DNA of 60,699 bases from Candidatus Thalassarchaeum sp. (GTDB lineage Archaea; Thermoplasmatota; Poseidoniia; Poseidoniales; Thalassarchaeaceae): the NCBI GenBank assembly GCA_045559735.1, contig JBJLJN010000020.1:1-60699 (forward strand), read 5' to 3'. The notes under the pieces are model-generated. The model saw only the letters and a list, made by a program, of their open reading frames with translations, was not told the origin of the DNA and ran no database searches. The translations under genes and the position numbers were made by a program. Of this stretch, positions 37,673-46,075 are shown in pieces (positions within the stretch are counted from its first letter, which is position 1; the number at the start of each line of letters is the position of its first letter).

Positions 37673-39652
37673 TTACTGCCTCAATTCGTAATTCAGGGTA
37701 CCGTCTGTAGAAGGCGGAGGGAGAGGCAACCTCTCGATTTCGTAATTGTTGACATTGTTGTTTGCCGCCCAAGCTCTGGACCATAGGTCCAGAACATCCG
37801 AGTTGAGCTGCTCTGCGAGAGCCAGTAGACCTTGGTCCACACCCCCATGCTCTTCAGCCAGACTATCTAGAACGACCTCTGGCAACTCGAGATAGTTGAC
37901 CGAATTGCCCAGCACACAGTCAGGTGGGACGACAGCCCAACGCAGTCGACGCTCCTTCTGGGCGTTCACGATGGCCTGACAAGCTACTCGCGACACCCCC
38001 TTGGCTTCGATTGAGCCAGCCCAGAGCGCACGCACCCTCTCTATTGCGCCCTCTTCGATACTATCGTCGTATGCAGGGTGCCGAATACTGACTCGACCTT
38101 CTTCAAGCAGGAAATGACTTCCTCTGATGAATGGAACACCATCCGCGTCTTCGCCCCAGCTGTTGATGTCCGAGGACCATTTCGACTGATCGACCTCGCC
38201 AACTCTGACCCGTATGGGCTCTTCACTGGGGTTGAGCCAGTTACCCTCCTCTCCGAGTCTTGGCTGGTCTGCGAGATCGTCAATCGCCTTGAGAATGGCT
38301 CGCCTTGAGAACGGGTCACGCGGCATGCGAGGCACCGCCCAGGTCATGTCCGTCCAGACCGACCACGGTCCGCGCTCCATCTCGATGAACGGTGAGCTGC
38401 TATCCAGACCTGTCTTAGTAGAGATGTCATCGCTCTGAAGAGGGTCAAAACTCATCATCATCTCAGTCTTACCACCGACCTCGATGCCGATTACCGAAAC
38501 ACCCTGTGAGGTCCCAGGGAAGATCCTCTGAGGCTCAGGGAAGGACCAGGAGGAGACCCACTGGTTATGTTCTACAATCATCTTTCGCAGAGCCACACTA
38601 CTCTTCTCCCTCAACACGGTATCCGGGACAATCATGCGGACCTTGCCGCCCTCCCTAACCAGTTGGATGGCTCTCTCGATAAACAGCCTGTACAGATTCA
38701 CATTACCTCTGAGCGCAGAGAATCTCCTGGCCCCATCTGTCTCGGTGGTATCGCGCAACGATCTCGATAGTTCCTTCCTCATTCTGCTGCCGTCTGGGTG
38801 ACCCCGAAATCGATCCTTGATGCGCAGCCAAGGGGGCCTGCTTATCAGAAGCCGAGGGGCCTCCTTCCAAGGCCAATCGTCCCTTAGGGCATCCACTTCC
38901 CTGACACTGGTCTCCAGAATCTCTTCCGCCTCCTGGCGTCCGATACGCTCGAGGTCACCATCTCCCTCCAAATCGACAAGACCCGAGTGTGCCAGAACCA
39001 GCAGAACACGTCTGCGAGCGCAGGTTACTGCGATTCCTGAAGGGGCAGCCATCTGCAGCCCGCGAAGTAACCTCAGAGTATCCCCGCGGGCTTCCTCAGG
39101 AGACATCTCTTCTCTTCTGGAGTTATGAATTCTGATGATGCGGCTGGGTACGACTCCACCGGCCACTGCTGGGTCAGCTAGAGGCAGGGGAATCCCAGTG
39201 CGAGTCACCTCACCTCTCTCTATCGCGCCCTCAGAGGCCTCTTCGGTCCCGCTCAGTGCGTTCTGATTGAGTTTCTCAGCATAGGCCCTGAATCCGGGCG
39301 GCATGGCGGCGAGCGATAGAGTCGCAGGGGGCTCCCTAGTCCTCTTAGCGCGACCCTTCAGCTCGTCAGCTAGGACTGCATGAACGAGCCTGTTAGGAGT
39401 CGAATAGGCTCCTCTTGGTGAGCGTCCGTCGCTGACAGCCTCATAGCGAGACAGGAGATGCTCGAGGACAGCTCCCGGGTCTGAAATAAGACCAGCAGGA
39501 AGGGTTGGCCAAGTGCCTGGCATAGTGGCAGCAATGGGTAGTCTGTGGAGCACCGCTTCCTCCCAGGAGTCTAGCCACATCTTGAGTTGCTCGACACGAT
39601 CGGGACAGACATGATCGAGGCGTGCATACCATCCCGAGGCGACACTTGACAT
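37673..39652 (-). CDS. Eco57I/TaqI-like N6-adenine methyltransferase homologue with degenerate motifs
   Basis: GAYSTP (cf. GxYYTP), ADPAVAGG (cf. DPACGSG), SRPPW (cf. GNPPY/W), NLYRLFIERA, MIVPD and LRKMI. C-terminal TRD-like LNS...NNNVNNYEIERLPLP. Confidence 0.8.
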   Translation of the reverse strand: MSSVASGWYARLDHVCPDRVEQLKMWLDSWEEAVLHRLPIAATMPGTWPTLPAGLISDPGAVLEHLLSRYEAVSDGRSPRGAYSTPNRLVHAVLADELKGRAKRTREPPATLSLAAMPPGFRAYAEKLNQNALSGTEEASEGAIERGEVTRTGIPLPLADPAVAGGVVPSRIIRIHNSRREEMSPEEARGDTLRLLRGLQMAAPSGIAVTCARRRVLLVLAHSGLVDLEGDGDLERIGRQEAEEILETSVREVDALRDDWPWKEAPRLLISRPPWLRIKDRFRGHPDGSRMRKELSRSLRDTTETDGARRFSALRGNVNLYRLFIERAIQLVREGGKVRMIVPDTVLREKSSVALRKMIVEHNQWVSSWSFPEPQRIFPGTSQGVSVIGIEVGGKTEMMMSFDPLQSDDISTKTGLDSSSPFIEMERGPWSVWTDMTWAVPRMPRDPFSRRAILKAIDDLADQPRLGEEGNWLNPSEEPIRVRVGEVDQSKWSSDINSWGEDADGVPFIRGSHFLLEEGRVSIRHPAYDDSIEEGAIERVRALWAGSIEAKGVSRVACQAIVNAQKERRLRWAVVPPDCVLGNSVNYLELPEVVLDSLAEEHGGVDQGLLALAEQLNSDVLDLWSRAWAANNNVNNYEIERLPLPPPSTDGTLNYELRQ

Positions 39653-39725
39653 GGTACTACGTTGGGCCGAGATGCCGCCCTTCTTTGAAGCCCACGGTTG
39701 CTTGTTGGCAACGCTTTTCAGCGGC

Positions 39726-40334
39726 TCAACTATTCAGGCCGAATGAATCCTCTGCCAACTCTATGATGACCCGTCTGTGAAGCAGCCAAGCGACCGCCTC
39801 ATCAATCTCATCTGTTCTTATTCCGAAACCCTCCAACTCGGCCACCAGTCTGTCGAAATGCAGTTGCTCCTCTCCCTTCTCAATGGACTCCTCAATCAGT
39901 CCGAGTATGTGCTCCGAGACGATGGCTAGGAACGGGTCGTCGTCAATATCCAGCGAGCCGAAGTCGACGGCAGCCTCACCGTCTGAATTTTCTTCCTCGG
40001 GACTGACCTCCTCTGTGCTCTTCCCATAGACATCGAAGAGGTTCTTCTGATGGGGGTCAATCCATGTCGAACGCTCAACGACTTCACGTTGGCGCCGAAG
40101 CCTCTTGACCAAAGTTTCGATTCGGTGTAGTCTCTGCTCCAGTCGCAATCGCTCCCTACCCAGATGACTCTCTACCAATTCCAACTCCTCGGTTGCCTTC
40201 TCATCGAGCCACTCGGAAAGGTCCCATGATGGATCCAGTCTGAGCATGGTCTCCCAGAGCCTCGCTACAGATTCAGGCAAACACCTGACGTCTATTCGTG
40301 GGCTTCCGCTTCCATCCTCGGGCTGATGGTCCAT
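39726..40334 (-). CDS. Hypothetical protein: coiled coil, PIP-like motif, C-terminal winged helix
   Basis: LGRERLRLEQRLHRIETLVKRLRRQ, QKNLFDVY and FDRLVAELEGFGIRTDEIDEAVAWLLHRRVIIE. Confidence 0.7.
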   Translation of the reverse strand: MDHQPEDGSGSPRIDVRCLPESVARLWETMLRLDPSWDLSEWLDEKATEELELVESHLGRERLRLEQRLHRIETLVKRLRRQREVVERSTWIDPHQKNLFDVYGKSTEEVSPEEENSDGEAAVDFGSLDIDDDPFLAIVSEHILGLIEESIEKGEEQLHFDRLVAELEGFGIRTDEIDEAVAWLLHRRVIIELAEDSFGLNS

Positions 40335-40431
40335 GTGTCATCTGTTCGTATTGACCGTCTATCAAGTATCGCCTTGAACCAGCAGAGAATGCGAGGGTTG
40401 GATTGATGAATGAAAAGCAGGTGCCGAGGCC

Positions 40432-41616
40432 GTGAGCGGATACCGTCTGACTGTCCTCCCCGGCGATGGCACGGGCCGAGAAGTAATCGCAGAGGCGATG
40501 CGCATAGTCGAGGCTTTGGAGGCCAATAGCCCGCTGTCCTTCGATGTGACTGAGATTCCATGCGGCGGCCAGTACTATCTTGAGACCGGAGAGGAGTGGC
40601 CTGAGGGTTCATTCGAGCACTGTAGGGATAATTCCGATGCAATTTTGCTGGGAGCGATAGGATGGCCCGATGCCAAGTTGCCAAATGGTGACAACGCGGG
40701 AGCCCAGTGCATACTCGGCCTGAGGTCTGGACTCGGCCTTTACGCCAATGTCCGGCCAGTCAAACTCTACCATGGAGTGCAACACAAGGTTCACGGCATC
40801 TTCTCGGATATATGGGAGTCTGATCTCGTCGATATCGTTCTAATCAGGGAGAACACCGAGGGCCTCTATCATAGCCTACTGAGACGATCGGCACAAGCAG
40901 CCGTTGGCAGCAAGGACGAACCAATTAGAATCGAAAAGTTCCCTGGGCTTGAGGGTGAAGTAGCTTGGGATCCAAGACCCATATCACGCAACGGCTCTGA
41001 TAGAGTCATAAGGTTTGGATTTGAGATTGCTGCTCGCAGAGAGAATAAGTTCGGTACACGTCAGAATGTGACATGTGTCGACAAGAGCAACGTGCTACGC
41101 GGATGCAGACTGTTCAGGCAGGTATTCGATGAGATTTCTGAGGAGTATCCGAACATCGATACCAACCACGCATTCATAGATGCATTCACGATGTGGCTAG
41201 TGAGGGATCCCGAAGACTTCGATGTTGTAGTACTGCCGAACATGTTTGGAGATATCGCAACCGACCTGGCATCGGTTCTGCAAGGTGGCCTAGGCATGGC
41301 CGCAAGTGCCAACATCGGTGACAATCACATGCTGTTTGAGCCAGTGCATGGCTCCGCCCCCAAGTACGCCGGTCAGGGAAAGGTGAACCCAATTGCTGCA
41401 ATCTCCTCAGTCCAATTGATGCTCGAAAACCTTGGAGTCCGTCATGATGATGAGGACGCCACAATCTGTGGAGAGATTCTTGAGTCCGCCATAGCATCAC
41501 ATCTCTCAGAGGGAGGTGCTACGACCTATGATTTGGGAGGCGATGCGAGCACGGCAACCGTCGGGACAGAAATTTCAGAGCGTTTCGAGGCCATGCTGAA
41601 TGAGCGTTTTGCCTAA
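40432..41616 (+). CDS. Isocitrate/isopropylmalate/tartrate dehydrogenase family protein
   Basis: Motifs PGDGTGREV, LYANVRP, RENTEG, DKSNV, NMFGDI and FEPVHGSAP. Confidence 0.93.
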   Translation: MSGYRLTVLPGDGTGREVIAEAMRIVEALEANSPLSFDVTEIPCGGQYYLETGEEWPEGSFEHCRDNSDAILLGAIGWPDAKLPNGDNAGAQCILGLRSGLGLYANVRPVKLYHGVQHKVHGIFSDIWESDLVDIVLIRENTEGLYHSLLRRSAQAAVGSKDEPIRIEKFPGLEGEVAWDPRPISRNGSDRVIRFGFEIAARRENKFGTRQNVTCVDKSNVLRGCRLFRQVFDEISEEYPNIDTNHAFIDAFTMWLVRDPEDFDVVVLPNMFGDIATDLASVLQGGLGMAASANIGDNHMLFEPVHGSAPKYAGQGKVNPIAAISSVQLMLENLGVRHDDEDATICGEILESAIASHLSEGGATTYDLGGDASTATVGTEISERFEAMLNERFA

Positions 41617-42399
41617 TCAACCCGAAGCTTGGGCCATTATAGTTAGAGCATCTTCGAGGGCTGTAGTATTATCCCAGTCGGTAGGCAACGCATCTCCTGT
41701 AACTACTTCGGACAGTAGTATTGATGCAGCCCTTGAGACCTCATCGACCACAGTCACGGTTGCAGTCTTGGCAGTTCTGGATAATGGGTTCAGGTCAATC
41801 ACGAGAACCTGCTTCTCCATCCTGACCAAAGCTTCGCACCTATCTCCATCCTCTAGAGGGACTAGAACCGCATCGGCCCCGCCTATCCCCTCACTGCAGC
41901 AGACCGACCTCGGCCCATCCAGTTCTGGAATGGTGTCGTCGGGCGAACTTCCCAAGAGGGAAACCGAGGCGACTGCGGCCCCCCAGTCGCCCTGCCATCC
42001 TTTTGGTGCTGGTCCACGGGCAACTTCTGCGGCTTGCTGCTTGAGTCTGCTCAGTAAACCACTCACTCTCTCAGGAGTGCGGTAGTACAGATTAACCTCA
42101 ATCGGGCATCCTACTACGGCTGCCACACGAATCAGGTCATGACCCGCTAGAACTACTGTGTTACCGTTCACCGAGATGGCGGGACTACTCGCGTCCAACA
42201 GCCTAGCGGCCACCTCTCGAATGGCAAGCCTAGCTGAGTCAGACGTGACCTCACCGAGTAAGTAGTCGAAGGCCTCGCCCCTGCCGTGTGCTATCATCGC
42301 AGAGTCCGCCAAAAGCCCTTCAGCAGCTGCATCGACTAGGCTCTGCCTAGCCATCAGGGATACCTTCCGTGGGTGACTTTCTGGAATTTCAGCCATCAC
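41617..42399 (-). CDS. Phosphopantothenate synthetase (4-phosphopantoate--beta-alanine ligase)
   Basis: Motifs IPESHPR, AHGRGEAFDYLLGE, SVNGN, VPLEDGDR and IDLNPLSRT. Confidence 0.95.
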   Translation of the reverse strand: MMAEIPESHPRKVSLMARQSLVDAAAEGLLADSAMIAHGRGEAFDYLLGEVTSDSARLAIREVAARLLDASSPAISVNGNTVVLAGHDLIRVAAVVGCPIEVNLYYRTPERVSGLLSRLKQQAAEVARGPAPKGWQGDWGAAVASVSLLGSSPDDTIPELDGPRSVCCSEGIGGADAVLVPLEDGDRCEALVRMEKQVLVIDLNPLSRTAKTATVTVVDEVSRAASILLSEVVTGDALPTDWDNTTALEDALTIMAQASG

Positions 42400-43313
42400 T
42401 CACCACCTCTGAATAGTATTGAGAAATCCAGCGGGGAAACACCAAGATTGAGACGGCTGGAGGACACCACATCGACCCCGCTGTCAGCCCAATCGGACAG
42501 TGACTCTAGAGTGACTCCTCCTGAGCCTTCGATGACGCAGCGCTCCCGCAAACCCTCTTTGACTAGGGAGCGAACCACATCACCCGCCGCTGCAGGGCCC
42601 ATGTTATCAAGCATTAGAACCACTCTGTGGTCTCTGCCCGAACTCCATGCAAGTGCTGCTGCCATAGCCTCATCGCCGTCTCCAACCTCCACGGTCGTGA
42701 ACAATTCGTTGTCAGCAGAGAGACCTGAGACTATTCGCGCGATGGCATCGGCCCCCTCCTCTCCATCTTCGGCCATGGCGACCATGTCATTCTCCTTCAG
42801 CATCAAAGCATCGCCACGATCCAACCTATGCGTCAGACCTCCTCCTACATGTATGGCCCATTTGTCGAGTAGACCCCATGCTGACTTCCTAGTGGCAGCC
42901 ACTTGCATAGTACCTGCATCTAGAAGCCATTGAGAAGTATTGGTCGATATCCCCGACATCCTTCCAATGAGATTGAGAAGTATTCTCTCAAGTCTAAGTA
43001 CGCTACGAGCAGAACCTTGCAAGAATGCTACCTTATCACCCGGAGACACATTCCCTCCTTCATCGATTAACCACTCAGCCGAGCAGTCAGGGAAGTGTGA
43101 CTCAAGTAGCCTGTCCGCTACTGAGTTACCGCACATGACTCCAGAAGACTTCGATACCAGATCAGCCTCAACTTGAGTATCAGGACCATCCCCTCCACCA
43201 TGCTCGTCCGCTAACATCGAACCGATCCATCTGTCCATCGAATCTACGAGCATTGACGATGGCCCCCCCTCGAACCAGAGCATCTCGGAACGGTCATGCG
43301 GCAGCTCGCTCAC
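42396..43313 (-). CDS. nadC: Quinolinate phosphoribosyltransferase
   Basis: Motifs ERILLN, SGIST, ATRK, GGGLTHR, LKEN, MLDN and EGSGGV. Start is probably GTG 43313. Confidence 0.9.
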   Translation of the reverse strand: MSELPHDRSEMLWFEGGPSSMLVDSMDRWIGSMLADEHGGGDGPDTQVEADLVSKSSGVMCGNSVADRLLESHFPDCSAEWLIDEGGNVSPGDKVAFLQGSARSVLRLERILLNLIGRMSGISTNTSQWLLDAGTMQVAATRKSAWGLLDKWAIHVGGGLTHRLDRGDALMLKENDMVAMAEDGEEGADAIARIVSGLSADNELFTTVEVGDGDEAMAAALAWSSGRDHRVVLMLDNMGPAAAGDVVRSLVKEGLRERCVIEGSGGVTLESLSDWADSGVDVVSSSRLNLGVSPLDFSILFRGGE

Positions 43314-43383
43314 ATCTCTACGTGTAGAAACTCCTCCTTGAAGGGTCCGAAATGTCATTTGACCACACCGCTACGCCAATCCG

Positions 43384-44412
43384 ATGCGTAGCGTTGTCGT
43401 AGGAGGCGGAGTCGCTGGCTTGGCCGCAGCCATACAGCTGGCTGCTGACGGCCACGAGGTGATGCTAGCCGAGCAGCGAGACACCTTAGGCGGACGTGTG
43501 AGGATTAGAGAGAAGTCGAGGTGGCTCCTAGACCCTGGCTTACATCTACTGCGTCGAAAGGGGGCAATGAATCAACTACTCAGAAAGTTGCGCGCGCCCA
43601 GAGTACTCGGGCCGCGATGGAACGTCCACAATTTCAATCCGATAGGATGTGACAAGAGAAGGGCGCTGGGAGCACTGACAACGATGTCAACAGACCTCGC
43701 GCCCGACAAGATCCCACACTTCGTAATCCCCCGCGGAGGTTGGTCCAGTCTGGTTGGCAGGATGATAGCCGCTGCAAACCAAGTAGGCGTGACTTTCGGC
43801 TCCGGCAGTACTGCCGAATCACTTTCACTGGACTCCTCTGGCAAGTTATCCTCGATACGAATCTCCGGCAAGCAAATCGAATGCGATACGGTCGTACTCG
43901 CTACTTCTCCCAGCATCAGTGCCAGACTGCTGGAAACGGCAGAACTGGATGCAACGACTCTGTCCGCGTGCACCGAACACAGGGTAGCCGCTCTGGATGT
44001 CGCACTCGAGGGAAGGCCGATGAGGCCATACTCCGGGCTGTTCGACGAGGAATCCGGGGTCGTTGCGGTGGACATGACCTCTCCGGACCGAATTCCGGAG
44101 GGAATAGATCCTGAATCATGCACCATCATCCACGCAGTCAATCTGTCTGGAGATGGACGCGATGCTCTTGCACAAATCAAGCAACTGCTCGACTCGCGCT
44201 GCTCCGGTTGGAGGAACATGACCTCATCCAGGCGCTCGACCGAATCAGTGATGCTTCACCCATGCTCGCACGAGCAGCGCTTAGATGAGTCACAGTACAT
44301 CGAGGCAGGTATTGGTCTGGCCGGAGCGCATGTAATCTCAAACCATCACCTGAGTGATGCTGCAGTGGATACGGGCAGAGCCGCTGCCAAAGCTCTGACT
44401 AAGAGTCGCTGA
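43384..44412 (+). CDS. FAD-dependent oxidoreductase (phytoene desaturase/amine oxidase-like)
   Basis: VVGGGVAGLAAA...EQRDTLGGR, DPGLH and PRGGWSSL. Confidence 0.85.
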   Translation: MRSVVVGGGVAGLAAAIQLAADGHEVMLAEQRDTLGGRVRIREKSRWLLDPGLHLLRRKGAMNQLLRKLRAPRVLGPRWNVHNFNPIGCDKRRALGALTTMSTDLAPDKIPHFVIPRGGWSSLVGRMIAAANQVGVTFGSGSTAESLSLDSSGKLSSIRISGKQIECDTVVLATSPSISARLLETAELDATTLSACTEHRVAALDVALEGRPMRPYSGLFDEESGVVAVDMTSPDRIPEGIDPESCTIIHAVNLSGDGRDALAQIKQLLDSRCSGWRNMTSSRRSTESVMLHPCSHEQRLDESQYIEAGIGLAGAHVISNHHLSDAAVDTGRAAAKALTKSR

Positions 44413-44641
44413 TATCAAGACTCGACTCAGCCGCTGCCAGACATGCAAGCAAATCATCTACAGTCGAGCGAACCGTCTCCAACTTCTTGCCGGTGACCGT
44501 AATCTTCAGCTCGGCAGAATCACCTTCACCTGAAATCTCTGCTTGGAACGAGGCAGGATCATCCGGAGATATGGCCGCCAGTAGGCTGCGGGCACGCTGC
44601 TCGCTGCCACACCAGACAATCTCAGCCTCTATCCCGCTCAT
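44399..44641 (-). CDS. pcc1: KEOPS complex subunit Pcc1
   Basis: 80 aa with AISPD and LETVRSTVDDLLACLAAAE pattern. Confidence 0.75.
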   Translation of the reverse strand: MSGIEAEIVWCGSEQRARSLLAAISPDDPASFQAEISGEGDSAELKITVTGKKLETVRSTVDDLLACLAAAESSLDISDS

Positions 44642-44714
44642 GCATCGCGATCAGCACATCGGTTTTCGCTGCTGCGGTCGCCGCCTTCTTGAAGTGGAAC
44701 CCTTTGGCCCACGC

Positions 44715-45992
44715 ATGACTGACTCGATTCCTCCAATCACCACAGCGGAATCCGTGGCATCGGGACATCCAGACAAACTATGTGATGCAATCTCTGATGC
44801 TATTCTCGATGCGTGTCTGAGCATCGATTCCAATGCACGGGTGGCTGTAGAGGCCCTTGTCAAGGGCATGGAAGGGAAGGCGGCGATAGTGCTCGCTGGT
44901 GAAGTCAGTCTGAACGGGGAAGCCCCCGACTACGAGACCTTAGCCCGGGAAACTGCTGTTTCAATCGGCTATGACGATCATACAATCGGCATGGATGCCA
45001 CCTCGGCTGACTTGTGCGCAGTCCACACCTATATCACCACCCAATCAAAGTACATCAGCCAGGGAGTTGATGGAGACATAGATTCGCAAGGAGCCGGCGA
45101 TCAGGGCATCATGTTCGGGTTCGCTTGTAATGAGACCGAGGACACCGATGAGCTGAAGGGTCGTTATTTCCCGATAGCAGCCACACTCTCCCAGAGACTG
45201 ACTCGCCGACTGGACATGATTCAGGATACTGGAGAGTTTCCTTGGATGCGCCCGGACGGTAAGAGCCAGGTCTCGGTGCGATTGGACAGCAAGCGAATTG
45301 AGGAAGGTGATGGAGGACGCTACCCAGAGGCTGTCGACACAATCGTAATCGCAGTACAACACGCAAAGGACGCAGGAGGATTGTCCCATGACGAGGACGC
45401 CCAGAGGCAGTTCATCCAAGACACGGTTTGGAAACACGTCGTCAAGCATGCCATCCCAGACCGCTGGCTAGAGGGTTTTGATCCATCCAAACTGATTGTC
45501 AACGGCACCGGCTCGTTCCCCGATCCTGGAGGCCCCTACTCGGATGCAGGCCTAACTGGCCGCAAGATCATCGTCGACACATACGGTGGAGGTTTACACG
45601 GAGGAGGAGCTTTCAGCGGAAAGGACCCCTCTAAGGTGGATCGTACAGCAGCATATCACGCCAGATGGGCAGCCAAGCACGTGGTCGCTGCAGGATTGGC
45701 TGACCGCTGTGAGGTACAGGTCTCCTATGCAATAGGCAGAGCCCGCCCCGTTGGGTTGCTCATCAACACCTTCGGAACCGGGACTATCTCGGACTTGGAA
45801 CTCTCTAGAAGGGTTCAGAGCGCATTCGACTGGAGGCCCGCAGCGATGATCAAAGATCTTGACCTCAAGAGGCCCATCTATCGAGCCACTGCATCAGGTG
45901 GCCATTTCGGTCGCATCCCTACCGAGGACGGCCACTTCTCGTGGGAGAGGATTCACCGGGATCGTATTGAGGCTCTTACTAATGGCTGTTGA
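44715..45992 (+). CDS. metK: Methionine adenosyltransferase, bacterial/eukaryotic type
   Basis: Motifs ESVASGHPDKLCDAISD, GAGDQG, RPDGKSQV, GLTGRKIIVDTYG and GGGAFSGKDPSKVDR. Confidence 0.96.
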   Translation: MTDSIPPITTAESVASGHPDKLCDAISDAILDACLSIDSNARVAVEALVKGMEGKAAIVLAGEVSLNGEAPDYETLARETAVSIGYDDHTIGMDATSADLCAVHTYITTQSKYISQGVDGDIDSQGAGDQGIMFGFACNETEDTDELKGRYFPIAATLSQRLTRRLDMIQDTGEFPWMRPDGKSQVSVRLDSKRIEEGDGGRYPEAVDTIVIAVQHAKDAGGLSHDEDAQRQFIQDTVWKHVVKHAIPDRWLEGFDPSKLIVNGTGSFPDPGGPYSDAGLTGRKIIVDTYGGGLHGGGAFSGKDPSKVDRTAAYHARWAAKHVVAAGLADRCEVQVSYAIGRARPVGLLINTFGTGTISDLELSRRVQSAFDWRPAAMIKDLDLKRPIYRATASGGHFGRIPTEDGHFSWERIHRDRIEALTNGC

Positions 45993-46075
45993 ACTTAGCC
46001 TGATCATGTCAGAATAGGCCCCCTTTCGGACATGTCCGGTGGCCCTACTATGCGCTAATTGCACCCTGCCCAAGC

